Positions 1 to 13,921 of a stretch of DNA of 64,000 nucleotides are shown in pieces. Both the position numbers and the translations under genes were made by a program. Every line of letters begins with the position of its first letter. Position 1 is the first letter of the stretch. The stretch is taken from the NCBI GenBank assembly GCA_951406725.2, contig CATOCA020000001.1, forward strand, positions 682,001 to 746,000. Reading direction: 5' to 3'. Below the pieces are notes generated by a model that saw only the letters and a program-made list of their open reading frames with translations, did no database searches and was not told where the DNA came from. This stretch comes from Octopus vulgaris. Its lineage: Eukaryota.

Positions 1-1095
1 TGAATTTTTTGTGATTCTCCCCTTAACTTTGCCCAACAAATATGATAGTTGAGAGAATGTCCTATTATTGTTATTCTCCTGAATTTTTTGTGATTCTCCC
101 CTTAACTTTGCCCAACAAATATGATAGTTGAGAGAAAGTCCTATTATTGTTATTCTCCTGAATTTTTATGTGATCCTGTCCCTAACTTTGCCCAACAAAT
201 ATATTATTTGAGGGATAAACCAATTATTGTTATTCTCCTGAATTTTTTGTGATTCTCCCCTTAACTTTGCCCAACAAATATGATAGTTGAGAGAATGTCC
301 TATTATTGTTATTCTCCAGAATTTTTGTGATCCTGTCCCTAACTTTGCCCAACAAATATATTATTTGAGGGATAAACCAATTATTGTTATTCTCCTGAAT
401 TTTTTGTGATTCTCCCCTTAACTTTGCCCAACAAATATGATAGTTGAGAGAATGTCCTATTATTGTTATTCTCCAGAATTTTTATGTGATCCTGTCCCTA
501 ACTTTGCCTAACAAATATAGTATTTGAGGGATAAACCAATTATTGTTATTCTCCAGAAATTTTTATGCGATCCTGTCCCTAACTTTGCCTAACAAATATA
601 GTATTTGAGGGATAAACCAATTATTGTTATTCTCCAGAAATTTTTATGCGATCCTGTCCCTAACTTTGCCTAACAAATATAGTATTTGAGGGATAAACCA
701 ATTATTGTTATTCTCCAGAAATTTTTATGCGATCCTGTCCCTAACTTTGCCTAACAAATATAGTATTTGAGGGATAAACCAATTATTGTTATTCTCCAGA
801 AATTTTTATGCGATCCTGTCCCTAACTTTGCCTAACAAATATAGTATTTGAGGGATAAACCAATTATTGTTATTCTCCAGAAATTTTTATGCGATCCTGT
901 CCCTAACTTTGCCTAACAAATATGGTAGTTGAGAGAAAGTCCTATTATTGTTATTCTCCTGAATTTTTTTTGGGATCTTGTCCTTAACTTTGCCCAATAA
1001 ATATGGTAGTTGAGAGAAAGTCCTATTATTGTTATTCTCCAGAATTTTTTTGTGATTCTGTCCAACAAATACAATAGTTGAGAGAAAGGCCTACT
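1..1095. repeat. Tandem satellite/minisatellite, 79-81 bp unit, about 13-14 copies, two unit variants; continues beyond the left edge
   Basis: Recurring ATTATTGTTATTCTCC(T/A)GAA...TAACTTTGCC(C/T)AACAAATAT. Variant A ends GATAGTTGAGAGAATGTCCT, variant B ends TAGTATTTGAGGGATAAACCA. The 81-bp unit has stops in all six frames. Confidence 0.95.
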
Positions 1096-1231
1096 ACACT
1101 AGGCAACAAGCTTTTTGCTACTATTAGACGACGTGGTGCTCATGGGTAATTTGAGAGTGCAGTTTCTGAATCTGCAATCATTTTTGCTGTAGCATGTCAC
1201 ATTTTTGCGCTATCATTATTATGCAGCTATA

Positions 1232-1650
1232 TAGGCGCAGGAGTGGCTGTGTGGTAAGTAGCTTGCTAACCGACCACATTGTTCTGGGTTCAGTCCCACT
1301 GCGTGGCATCTTGGGCAAGTGTCTTCTGCTATAGCCCCGGGCCGACCAATGCCTTGTGAGTGGATTTGGTAGACGGAAACTGAAAGAAGCCTGTCGTATA
1401 TATGTATATATCTATATGTATGTGTTTGTATGTGTTTGTGTGTGTGTGTTTGTCCCCCTAGCATTGCTTGACAACCGATGCTGGTGTGTTTACGTCCCCG
1501 TAACTTAGCAGTTTGGCATAAGAGACTGATAGAATAAGTACTAGGCTTACAAAGAATAAGTCCTGGGGTCGATTTTCTCGACTAAAGGCGGTGCTCCAGC
1601 ATGGCCGCAGTCAAATGACTGAAACAAGTAAAAGAGTAAAAGAGTTAAGA
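1232..1650 (+). mobile_element. tRNA-derived SINE, family A (dominant SINE of the window), full length
   Basis: A-box-like TGGCTGTGTGG and B-box-like GGGTTCAGTCCC, a CTTGGGCAAGTG core-like motif, an internal (TA)/(TG) tract and a (GTAAAAGA)n tail. Further copies lie at ~4567-4970(+), 9690-10095(-), 17012-17615(-), 21345-21755(-), 24760-25140(+), 43957-44320(+), 54022-54497(-), 57280-57678(-), 60557-60790(-) and 62051-62446(-). Confidence 0.9.
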
Positions 1651-2139
1651 GTATCAAAATTACAATCAATTGAAAATTCATGACAAATAAAAGGAATTTT
1701 ATGTTAAGCATAAATTACCATTATTTGGTATAAGAACAATAGCAACTAGGTGGACAAGTAGCTCTAAAACTAATTAAGCACAAAACAAAAGTATAAATTG
1801 AATAGTATTAATTTTATGTTTTTCAAAAATAGCTTTGGCATTTTTTTTTACACTTACGTTGCATGTCAGTTTCCCGTTTTAAAAACCAGCAGTAGTCTAT
1901 CAGCATGTTTGGTGTAAGTCTGCCACTGTAGTGGCTTTCTAGCGCTTTGATTTTTTTTTATGAAATCGTTCGCCATGCTCATCGCTTACATCGCCCATAT
2001 TGGATGGAAATAAGTCAAGATGAGAGTGGAGAAACTGAATTTTTAGAGACATTCTTGCCCCAAGTTACTTATACACATTCACACATGCATACAGCCCATT
2101 TCTGAGTGATACTGGTCACTCTGTATATAATGTCGTCTC

Positions 2140-2625
2140 TATCCGATCGTGGCTGTTGCCAGCGCCTCCCCGACTGCCCTCCGTGCCGGTGGCACGTAAA
2201 AAGCACCATCCGAACGTGGCCGTTGCCAGCCTCGCCTGGCCCCCGTGCCGGTGGCTCGTAAAAAGCACCATCCGATTGTGGCCGTTGCCAGCCTCGCCTG
2301 GCCCCCGTGCCGGTGGCTCGTAAAAAGCACCATCCGATTGTGGCCGTTGCCAGCCTCGCCTGGCCCCCGTGCCGGTGGCTCGTAAAAAGTACCATCCGAT
2401 CGTGGCTTTCTGCCAGCCTCGTCCGGCACCTGTGTGGGTGGCACATAAAAAGCACCCACTACACTCTCGGAGTGGTTGGCATTAGGAAGGGCATCCAGCC
2501 ATAGAAACACTGCCAGATCTGACTGGGCCTGGCGCAGCCTTCTCGCTTCACAGACCCCAGTTGAACCGTCCAACCCATGCTAGCATGGAAAACGGACGTT
2601 AAACGATGATGATGATGATGATGAT
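2140..2625 (+). mobile_element. RTE-clade LINE 3' UTR fragment with ~61-bp internal tandem repeats and (GAT)n tail
   Basis: GTGCCGGTGGC(A/T)CGTAAAAAGCACC repeats, then GGAAGGGCATCCAGCC and CCGTCCAACCCATGCTAGCATGGAAA, ending in (GAT)n. Homologous to the UTR that follows the RTE ORF remnant at 9240-9680. Shorter copies lie at ~5090-5205, 26561-26760 and 37155-37350. Confidence 0.75.
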
Positions 2626-2739
2626 TGCTATCCACCTGGAGATCCAGATCAAACCAGACCATAAGAACTACAACTTGGCCCTCTATCTGGCTTCATCCAC
2701 TGGCTGGCTTGAATTTACATAAAATAGAGAAATGTTTTT

Positions 2740-3078
2740 GTTTCACTTTTAACATGTAATACTGAAATAGTGGAGAAGATATGATATTGCTATGGGCTCG
2801 CCCTAGGCAAGAAGTTGAACATTTTTTTGCCCATGAAACTACATGGACCCTAAGTAAGGCATGTATAAAATTTGAGTGAAATTGGTTGTGTAGTTCTCAA
2901 GTTTTAGGGAATCGTTGTGGAGAAGATATGATATTGCTGTGGGCTCGCCCTAAGCATTCCCCGGGCCTTAAGTAAGGCATGTGTAAAATTTGAATGAAAT
3001 TGGTTGTGTAGTTCTCAAGTTTTAGGGAAACACACAGACAGACAGACAGACACACATTCTCAGTTTTATATATATAGA
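2740..3078 (-). mobile_element. Non-autonomous Helitron-like element, 5' portion with an internal duplication
   Basis: Minus strand begins TCTATATATATAAAA followed by (TGTC)n, the same architecture as the 5' end of the complete element at 22306-22785. Confidence 0.5.
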
Positions 3079-3081
3079 TAT

Positions 3082-3124
<43 letters not shown>

Positions 3125-3347
3125 TACATACATACATACATACAACATACATATACATATATAGATATAAATGTGTGTGTTTGTGTATGTATATATATAT
3201 ATATATATATATGCACACACACATATGTGCACACATACACATACACAGACTCACAAACACGCACACATATATATGTGTACGTGTCTATACATATAAATGC
3301 AAGCATGTAATGTAGATAGCTAGATATATGTTTATATATATATATGT

Positions 3348-3527
<180 letters not shown>

Positions 3528-4528
3528 CACAAGCACATATACATATATATATATATATATATGCATGTATAACAACAACAAACACAAACAGTAATTAAGA
3601 ATAATATTTTAAGCTTGTGACAAAACAAAATACATCACAAACACAATTTTAGAAAGATGACATTTTACTTCATTGTATACCAAATAAACATTTGTACAAT
3701 AACAAGATATGAAATAACAAATTTGTTTTTAATGACTTATGCTCAACGAATCTGGGTTTATTTAATCCTTTCCCCGGTTGTGTTCTCACAAATCATATTT
3801 TCCCTCTCTCTTCTACAGTAAAACTATTTTTAATAACTTTTTAGTAAACTTGTTTCAGTCGTTGCAACACAGCTGTGCTGGGAAACAACCATGTAAAGAA
3901 TCCAATTGAACAACTCAGTCTTCTGTTGATCTCTTATGTTAAATTGCTAAGCGCTAAAAGTTAGAGGAGCAGGTGTGGCTGTGAGGTAAGAAACTTGCTT
4001 CTAAACCACATGCTCCAGAGTTCAGTCCTACAGCATGTCATCTCAGGCCCGGTGGATTTGATAGATGAAAACTGAAAGAAGCCCGTCATACATATACAAC
4101 TTTCTTTTCCTCAAGGGATCATCTTTCTTTTCTTTCAGGACTGTCCTAAGGGCTGGACATATCCTTCTCTCTCTTCTATCTTTTCTCCTTTCAAACAAAA
4201 TATTCCTCCCAGCATTCACTATTTTACCCTCGTTCTGGTCTAACGACCAACCATGTTTATTTTCATCCAGTTTCCTCGTACATCTCCACTGTCCTGTTTT
4301 TGTTCCCAACTTTCACCCTCCATAAATCCCAAATTTTATTTTGGTACTTATGGGAGCAACTGTCTTCGAAGACCCATATTGTCATTCAATGATCGATATG
4401 AGGAGTAGATAGACAACTGACAACTGATGAAGGGTCCTTTCTCTCTGTTTACTTGTCCTGTTTCCCATTTGTTTTTCTCCTTGTTTGTGTATTGAACTCA
4501 TTTGTTTCCATATTTCATATTTGGCACA

Positions 4529-4569
<41 letters not shown>

Positions 4570-5605
4570 GAGTGGCTGTGTGGTAAGTAGCTTGTTTACC
4601 AACCACATGGTTCTGGGTTCAGAGTCCCACTGCGTGGTACCTTGGGCAAGTGTCTTCTACTATAGCCTCGGGCCGACCAAAGCCTTGTCAGTGGATTTGG
4701 TAGACGGAAACTGAAAGAAGCCCGTCGTATATATGTATATATACATATGTGTGTGTATGTGTTTGTGTGTATGTGTTTGTCCCCCTAGCATTGCTTGACA
4801 ACCGATGCTGGTGTGTTTATGTCCCCGTTACTTAGTGGTTCGGCAAAAGAGGCCAATAAAATAAGTACTGGGCTTACAAAAGAATAAGTTCTGGGGTCGA
4901 GTTGCTCGATTAAAGGCAGTGCTCCAGCATGGCCGCAGTCAAATGACTGAAAAAGTAAAAGAATAAAAGAATATATATATATAAGTGGGATATATATATA
5001 TATATATATATATAAGTGGGATATATATATATATATAAGTGGGATATATATATATATATATAAGTGGGATGACCACTACATGGACATCCATATGCTAGGA
5101 GTAGATCCGCTAGAGTCTGGTGCAGCCTCCATGGCTTACCAGATCCCGGCCGAACCGTCCAACCCATGCTAACATGGAAAACGAACGTTAAATGATGATG
5201 ATGATGATATATATATGTATGTGTGTGTGTGTGTATGTATCTATGTATATATATATATATATATATCAATATATATGTGTGTGTGTATGTATGTATGTAT
5301 ATATCAATATATATATATATATATATACAAATAAGAAAATGGAGGAACAAATTCATTTCAATCATCAATTTACAGATATTACCATTTCATATTATTTATT
5401 AACTATAAAAATAGGAACATCCAAATCGAACAAAACTATATACATCGATATGCAAGATAATAATACCATAAGAATAATACACATAAAATGGATCTTACAG
5501 CTGTTTCAGCCTGTAGATAAATGTATCTCATTCTGCCTATATTAGTCAGATGTATTGAGGTAATATGCAGTTAACAATGAGTTACTTATATATATATATA
5601 AATAT

Positions 5606-5824
5606 ATATATGCCATTTAGAGATAGAAGTCCCCATGCAATTCATCAAATATTAATATACATCACACCATATCATAGAATTTTATTTTAATACTTACTTT
5701 TTCAGTTCCAAGTGAAATTTGGAACTGAAATAGTAAGGATTAAAACTAAATTCTATAATATGGGGTGATGTGTATTAGGATTTGATGAATTGCATGAAGA
5801 CTTCTATCTCTAAATAACATATAT
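5606..5824. repeat. Long imperfect inverted repeat (fold-back), ~105-bp arms, ~7-nt loop
   Basis: TTTAGAGATAGAAGTC...CAGTTCCAA / GTGAAAT / TTGGAACTG...GACTTCTATCTCTAAA. Confidence 0.9.
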
Positions 5825-5900
5825 TTCCTTATCAAGAATAATTCAATCTATTTGAATCCCTGTGACAACAGAATTTTTATTCCCTAATTAATATATAAAT

Positions 5901-5939
<39 letters not shown>

Positions 5940-6412
5940 CTAGAAGACAAACCTGGCCTTGCTCGGGATTAAAATAGTTTATTATTGCTTTACTTGTTTT
6001 GGTATTATAACCCAGTTTCATTCGGGTCTACGCGGGCCACATTTTAAAAGATGAAGTATCTTGCTCTGGAGGCCATGCATTTCAAATGACCAAACACAAA
6101 ATTGTTCTGCAAACTCGCCAGCACTTTTAACATAGGTGTGCAAATTTTCAGCTCAATCCGACCACATATGTACACTTATATATATGCATATGCATTAAAT
6201 ATATATGCACATATATACGCATTATATACATATATATATATACGCATTATGTATACATATGTATACACATTATATATATATATACACACACATATATATA
6301 TATTCAAATATTGATATATACACTTTATATATATATATACACACATTATATATATACACACATTATATATATATAAATTATATATATATATATAAATTAT
6401 ATATATGTATAT

Positions 6413-6447
<35 letters not shown>

Positions 6448-7068
6448 AATTAACATAATAAATATCTGATTAATAATATCTTATCATTATTGTGCATTGG
6501 TGGTGGGCGATAATAATTCGCCATTGTAAAAGCCCTGTGGCGGGAATAATTAAACTTCAAGAGAGTGAAATATATTTCTGACACAATATAATTATTTACT
6601 ATTTTATTCCTCTCCATCAATCACACTTGCGGCTGTCAATGCTTTCTCTCTATAGATACAGAAAGACATAAAGAGAGAGAGAGAGAGGCTGGGGAGAAAG
6701 AGCGACAGAGAGACAATGAATACGGAGAGGGAAAGAGAGTGAGTAGAAGCTGTCAAAAGCCGTTATAGAGATAAATGGGAGGGACGGGGGAAAGAGAGAG
6801 ATGGAAGAAGAAAGGGTGATAACCGTAAGAGAGAAACAACAAACACTTGTCAAAGTTCATTTAGAGACGATGAATTTTCACTCTTTTTGCCATAGCAACC
6901 ACATCTTTATAGCTTGTGAATTTTAACCATCGCGGGTCTCATCCTCACCACGCATTCAGTATCCCTGCCAATTTTCAGCTTGATCTTAGCCTCGGTTTGG
7001 CCGCCATTAACCGTCAAAGCAAAATGTGCATACCATTTTTCGTCCAAGGACTGTTTTATAGATATAGA
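5940..7068 (-). mobile_element. Non-autonomous Helitron-like element or elements, interrupted by AT-rich microsatellite
   Basis: Minus-strand 3' end has a GC hairpin (CCCGAGCAAGGCCAGG) just before CTAG|T at 5940. A TCTATATCTATAAAA-type 5' end lies at ~7068. Whether both ends belong to one element is uncertain. Confidence 0.5.
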
Positions 7069-7404
7069 TATATACACACAGTGCACTTTTATCACTTCCA
7101 GTGCGAACGCCAAGCAGTACAGGATGTTGTTTCCAAATGTCACATATTTGCATTACAAAAATTTAACATTATCATTTTTCTTTTAGTCAGCTATCCTAAA
7201 TGACAATGACATCACATTTTCTATATGAGTGTGCTTGTGTTTTCGTTACCAATGTGAGGCCAATGACTGACAAGTATATGTGACAGTGAATGTGTGTCAT
7301 CAGTATACATACATTTTTGTGATGACCGACACACACAGGGACAGAGATAGGCTTCAGATATGTGTTAATATATGTGTGCATGTGTGTATGTACTTACTTG
7401 TACT

Positions 7405-8200
7405 TGTGGCGACATTCACCCTGGGCGGGTTGAGTCGGCTTCTTCCTTGGAAGAAGTTTCGTGGGAATATGTGGATTTCACCAGTGGTCCACAACAATCC
7501 CGCATGTAGAGACATCCTGTTTGCCGCAGATTGTCCGCAGACACAGGGACAGAACAACCGAGGAGCTACCGGTTGCCGAAACAGACACTCCGAGGGTTTT
7601 CACCAGAGCCTTGTCTGCCGGGTTGTGGCCCTAATACCTATTTCTTTATTACCCACAAGGGGCTAAAGACAGAGGGGACAAACAAGGACAGACATAGGTA
7701 TTAAGTCGATTACATCGACCCCAGTGCGTAACTGGTACTTAATTTATCGACCCCGAAAGGATGAAAGGCAAAGTCGACCTCGGCGGAATTTGAACTCAGA
7801 ACGTAACGACAGACGAAATACGGCGACGCATTTCACCCGGCGTGCTAACGTTTCTGCCAGCTCGCCGCCTATGTGGCCCTAATACCACTCGGTGTCAGAC
7901 CAATCCGCCTTGGGTGGCCCTACCAGGAACCGAATTTCCCGACAGCATAGCTCTGACACTACCCGTTGCCAGCGTCCCCACCACGGTGAGGAGAGGATGG
8001 ACTTTGGGGATGCAAACAGACACTCCAAGGATTTTCACCAGAGCCCTGTCTGCCGGGTTGTGGCCCTAATACCACTCGGTGTCAGACCAATTCGCCTTGG
8101 GTGGCCCTACCAGGAACCGAATCTCCCGACGGCATAGCTCTGACACTACCCGTTGCCAACATCCCCACAACGGTGAGGAGGGGGTGGACTTTGTGGGTAC
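7405..8200 (-). mobile_element. Probable RTE-clade LINE 5' region with a ~195-bp tandem duplication, interrupted by a SINE
   Basis: Minus strand CCTCCTCACCGT(G/T)GTGGGG...GAGCTATGC(C/T)GTCGGGA...CCTGGTAGGGCCACCCAAGG resembles RTE 5' UTRs (recognised from memory). The segment is present twice. Confidence 0.45.
7639..7871 (-). mobile_element. tRNA-derived SINE, family B (Meta-domain-like core), with a 15-bp target-site duplication
   Basis: Core TTTGCCTTTCATCCTTTCGGGGTCGATAAATTAAGTACCAG. TGTGGCCCTAATACC is duplicated at 7624-7638 and 7872-7886; the uninterrupted site is visible at ~8059-8080. Other family B copies lie at ~16140-16352, 16816-17010, 17935-18080(-), 18180-18380, 33025-33545, 42255-43205(-, three) and 47385-47800. 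Confidence 0.9.
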
Positions 8201-8377
8201 AAATGTGTGTATGTGTCTTATTTTATGTTTGTAACTTTCTCCCGCCCAACAGTGAAACGCAGCAATATTGAAAATTTAGTTGTGGCCTGGACTTTAAATG
8301 AACAACAGCGTTCACTTTGAAGTACTACCAACATTCAGATTTGGTTGATTTAACACCACTCACATTACTTGCAAATA

Positions 8378-9175
8378 TAGGCGTAGGAGTGGCTGTGTGG
8401 TAAGTAGCTTGCTTACCAACCACATGGTTCCAGGTTCAGTCCCACTGCGTGGCCCTTTAGGCAAGTGTCTTCTACTATAGCCTCGGGCCGACCAAAGCCT
8501 TGTGAGTGGATTTGGTCGACGGAAACTGAAAGAAGCCCGTCATATATATATATATATATATAAATAGGCGTAGGAGTGGCTGTGTGGTAAGTAGCTTGCT
8601 TACCAACCACATGGTTCCAGGTTCAGTCCCACTGCGTGGCCCTTTAGGCAAGTGTCTTCTACTATAGCCTCAGGCCGACCAAAGCCTTGTGAGTAGATTT
8701 GGTAGACGGAAACTGAAAGAAGCCCGTCATATATATATATATAAATAGGCGTAGGAGTGGCTGTGTGGTAAGTAGCTTGCTTACCAACCACATGGTTCCA
8801 GGTTCAGTCCCACTGCGTGGCCCTTTGGGCAAGTGTCTTCTACTATAGCCTCAGGCCGACCAAAGCCTTGTGAGTGGATTTGGTAGACGGAAACTGAAAG
8901 AAGCCCGTCGTATATATGTATATATATATGTATGTGTGTGTATATGTTTGTGTGTCTGTGTTTGTCTCCCCAACATCGCTTAACAACTGATGCTGGTGTG
9001 CTTACGTCCCCATAACTTAGCGGTTCGGCAAAAGAGACCAATAGAATAAGTACTAGGCTTACAAAGAATAAGTCCTGGGGTCGATTTGCTCGACTAAAAG
9101 GTGGTGCTTTAGCATGGCCACAGTCAAATGACTGAAACAAGTAAAAAGAGAGTAAAAAGAGAGTAAAAAGAGAGT
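8378..9175 (+). mobile_element. Family A SINE with a triplicated 5' half (~185-bp unit)
   Basis: Three consecutive AAATAGGCGTAGGAGTGGCTGTG heads share the private variant GGCCCTTT, followed by one tail. Confidence 0.9.
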
Positions 9176-9239
9176 ATAGCTGAAAAAAAATGTTATTCTG
9201 GTTATTATAACATATTCAGAAACTTGGCAAAGTAGACAC

Positions 9240-9680
9240 CCTCATGGGTTGGACAGTTTGACAAAAGCTGGCCAGCTGAAGAACTCCCTTGGGGCCCATG
9301 TCTGTTTTAGCATGATTTCTATGGCTAGATGTCCTTTGTCACACCAACCCCTTTACAGATTGTACTGGGTGCTTTCATGCAGCACTAGCATGGGTGCTTT
9401 TACATAGCACCGGTACGGGTGGTGTTTTTAACATGGCACCAACACCCACGAACCCACAAGATTAGGAGGGTTGCAAGGGACAAATCTGCATGCAAGCGCA
9501 ACCATGCTTTTAATTAGCTTGACTCGTCTTCTCAAGCACAGCAAAGCACCAGGGGTCTTGGTCCCCTGTTATCCCCTCTGTGAGTCCCTACTTTTGTAGA
9601 TCCTTCCTCACCACTTCATCCCACATCCTCAAGGGTCTTACCCCTTCCATATGTTCCCTCCACAATTTGAGATCCTGTCA
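9240..9680 (-). mobile_element. RTE-clade LINE 3' end, decayed
   Basis: Minus strand translates, across a frameshift and a stop, to VEGTYGRG..LRMWDEVVRKDLQK*GLTEG...DPWCFAVLEK. This matches the RTE C-terminal GRGRP..W...V..DL..LGL...WR pattern. Confidence 0.75.
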
Positions 9681-10492
9681 CTTATATACTCTTTTACGCT
9701 TTTACATGTTTCAGAAATTTGACTGCGGCCATGCTGGAGCACCGCCTTTAATCGAGTGACTCGACCCGGGACTTATTCTTTTGTAAGCCCAGTACTTATT
9801 CTATCGGTCTCTTTTGCCGAACTGCTAGGTTACAGGGACATAAACACACCAGCATCGGTTGTCAAGCAATGCTAGGGGGACAAACACAGACACATAAACA
9901 CACACACGCATATATATATATACATATATACGACAGGCTTCTTTCAGTTTCCGTCTACCAAATCCACTCACAAGGCTTTGGTTGGCCCAAGGCTATAGTA
10001 GAAGATACTTGCCCAAGGTGCCGCGCAGTGAGATTGAACCCGGAACCATGTGGTTGGTAAACAAGCTACTTACCACACAGCCACTCCTGCGCCTATATAT
10101 CTATTTTTCTATATGTATCTGTGTATGGCCTATGTCCAAGAGGACCCTATCTGAGCAAACCTATGATCAAATACAACCCAACCCTGACCATCCAATCCAA
10201 CTGCAACCATAAAATCCAAACATGACCTTCCTGTCTTTTTCTTTGTCATCTGTGCACTCAGAACCATATTATTATATATTCAAATTTGAATCTCTATTTC
10301 TTGACAGTTGACTATTGTTACTTGCAAGTCAAGTGGCACGTAGATAATTCATTGTTGTCTCAGCGGCCTTGGTTTTAATTAATGGTTAATTATAAGACAA
10401 TATAAAGTAAGTTAATGAGAAGCAATAAACTTGTATAAGATTTGGGAATATTCTCATCACCAGGAAAATAGGATAATGGTGAATAAACATCT

Positions 10493-10544
<52 letters not shown>

Positions 10545-10803
10545 CATATGTAAACACACACACACACAAATATACATGTACATGCACACATATACATGCA
10601 TAGAAGAATGTTTATATAGAGGTATACAAAATAAATATTGAGATATAGGAATGCATACGCAAACATACACACACACACGCACACATTCATACGTATATGT
10701 ACACATACACATACACGCACACGCATACACACACACACATTCACAAACATACATATACACATATAGACATGTACATAAGTGTGCATGTATATATGTGTGT
10801 GTG

Positions 10804-10840
<37 letters not shown>

Positions 10841-10889
10841 TATATATATGCATACAACCATGTTTTATATATATATATATATCCATAGA

Positions 10890-10931
<42 letters not shown>

Positions 10932-10970
10932 CATGCACACATATACATGCATAGAAGAATGTTTATATAG

Positions 10971-11008
<38 letters not shown>

Positions 11009-11017
11009 ACATACATA

Positions 11018-11050
<33 letters not shown>

Positions 11051-11301
11051 TCACAACCACATATTATATATACAAATACATATATATTCCTTGGGGCATA
11101 TATACACAAATGGTAATATATATAAACAGGGGTGAAGGCTACAATTATCATAAAATATAAAAAGGATTTACTTTCCAAGTCAATTACAAAAATGGTAAAT
11201 TAATACATGGAAGTATGGAATCCAGAGATTCAGTAAGCGGAGTACCTCTGGATGTTATTGGGTAACCATGGTACCCACTGGTTTTCAATTTTGCTAATAT
11301 A

Positions 11302-12160
11302 TAAGGTCATCCCATTAGTTCTGTCCGAATTTTGAATAAAGAAAACATGTGATCAAATGTTATATTTAATTGAAATTTAATCATCAATGTACTTTCCCTG
11401 ATTATCTATGACTTCCTTCCATCTATTTACAAGCTTTTTAATCCCATCAATGTTAAAACTCTTTTGGTTTCAAAGCGAACAACTCTGAAATGTCAGTTTC
11501 GACCTCCTCCTGGCTTGCGAAAGTTATGTCCCCCAAGTGATTCTGTAAACTTCAAAACAAATGGTAGCCTGAAGGAGCATGGTCGGGAGAATAAGGTGGA
11601 TGAGGAATTTTCTCCCGACCCAGCTCTTCAATCTTCTGTGATGTGATCTTTGCAGTGTGGGGTTACACATTATCTGATGAAACATTACTCCTTTTCGATT
11701 CACTAAAGCAGGTCTTTTTTCCTTCAAAGCTTGGTTCAAACGCTCTAATTGCTGGCAGTAGACTTGAGCATTGATTGTTGCATTAGGTGGTAACAATTCA
11801 AAATGAATTACTTTTGCAATCCCACCAGATAGAGAGAAGAACCTTTTTCCCATGAAGTTCCCTTCTCGGTTGTGGTTGAGCCTTTTCCCTTTTACCAAGC
11901 CACTGCTTACGATGTTTAACATTTCGATAGCAGATCCATTTTTCGTCACCACTCACAAGTCTATCCAAAAAGGGTGAAATGAGTTCACAAGAATGGAGAG
12001 AAGAGCAGATGTCAACTCGGGATTTGTGGTTGCTTTTGGACAATTCACAAGGCATCCATTTTCCAAGTTTAGGAATCTTTCCGAGATGTTGAAGATGCCA
12101 ATGAACAGTTGTATGGTTTGAACTAAGCTTTATTGCCGATTCTTCAACAGATAATGCAGA
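11302..12160 (-). mobile_element. Decayed, 5'-truncated mariner (Tc1/mariner) transposon
   Basis: Frameshifted transposase pieces LVSGDEKWICY, KKVLLSIWWDCK and IHFELLPPNATINAQVYCQQLERLNQALKEKRPALVNRKGVMFHQ. A TIR-like end TAAGGTCATCCCATTAGTTCTGTCC sits next to TA at ~11300. Confidence 0.9.
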
Positions 12161-12404
12161 ACCAGCTCTTAGGGGTCAGTATGACTCAGGAAGGAATGTT
12201 TTGGAGGTGCATGGGTGAGTGGTTAGGGTGTTGGGTTCATGATTGTAAGATTGTGGTTTCGATTCCCAGACCAGGAAATGTGTTATGTTCTTGAGCAAAA
12301 CACTTCATTTCTGCCAAATCCTCTCCAGCTCATGCCAGTATAGGGAATGGACATTAAGTGATGATGATCATACAAGCACACACACACACAGAAGCAGACA
12401 GGCA

Positions 12405-12430
12405 GAAATAGATAGATAGATAGATGGATG

Positions 12431-12475
<45 letters not shown>

Positions 12476-12511
12476 AGATGTATAGATAGACAGACAGGCA
12501 GACAGGCAGAC

Positions 12512-12547
<36 letters not shown>

Positions 12548-12590
12548 GGATGGATAGATAGTTTGATAGATAGATGGATAGGAAAGTTAG

Positions 12591-12678
<88 letters not shown>

Positions 12679-12740
12679 GATAGATAGATAGATAGATATA
12701 GATAGATAGATAGATAGATAGATAGGTAGATATGTAGGTA
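12405..12740. repeat. (GATA)n microsatellite
   Basis: Directly visible. Confidence 0.95.
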
Positions 12741-13279
12741 TGTTGAAAGAAATACAGACGGACAGACTGACAGACAATCAGACTGTCAGACAGACGTACT
12801 GCCATAACAGAACTATAAATACCTTCATGTGAAAAAAAATGCTATGAGAATTAATCAGCAAATAAAACTGTTGCAACAAACATTTTACATAATTTATTTC
12901 TTTGAATTTTTTTTTTTTTGTGCGTGTTTGTCTTTGTTTTTGTTTAGTTGTTGTTGTTGTTGTTGTTTTTTTTTGTCATTGTTTTCATAATTGTTTTCGT
13001 TGCTGTTGTCATTGTTGTTGTTGTCATTCGTGATGATGATGATGATGATGATGATGTTGCTCCCCACCACCCCCCACCTCCACCACCACCACCTCCACCA
13101 CCACCACCACCACCACCACCACTTCTGCTCTGTATTGCTCCTGTTAAACCACTTACTAATTAAAGGACGACGACGACGATATTCTTAATTGTCTGTTAAT
13201 TGTGTGTTATTAGTGAGGGAGGGGTGGGGGGTGTTGTTTTGTTTGTTTATTCCGTTGCTGCTGCTGCTGCTGCTGTTGT

Positions 13280-13855
13280 TGTCGATGATGATGATGATGA
13301 TGATGATATCGCTGTTGTTGATATTGCAATTGTCGCTGTTGATGACGACATTTCTGTCGTAAATGATGACGGTGATGATGATGGTGATGGTGATGATGAT
13401 GATGATGATGATGATGACGACGATGATGATGATGATGAGGATGATGATGTGCAACTCATAGCTGTTGTTGATGATGATGATGATGACGGTGATGATGATG
13501 ATGATGATGACGATGATGATGACGACGATGATGATGATGACGATGATGATGATGTGCAACTCATAGCTGTTGTTGATGATGACGATGATGACGATGATGA
13601 CGATGATGACGATGATGATGATGATGTGCAACTCATAGCTGTTGTTGATGACGACGATGATGACGATGACGATGACGATGATGATGACGATGATGATGAT
13701 GATGTGCAACTCATAGCTGTTGTTGATGATGAAGATGATAACGATGATGACGATGATGATGATGATGATGATATGCAACTCATAGCTGTTGTTGATGATG
13801 AGGATGATGAGGATGATGATGATGATGACGATGATGTGCAACTCATAGCTGCTGT

Positions 13856-13921
<66 letters not shown>

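Noticed and set aside
6886-6899. RFX X-box-like TTTGCCATAGCAAC
   Set aside because: Single imperfect motif inside a probable Helitron remnant, with no nearby promoter evidence.
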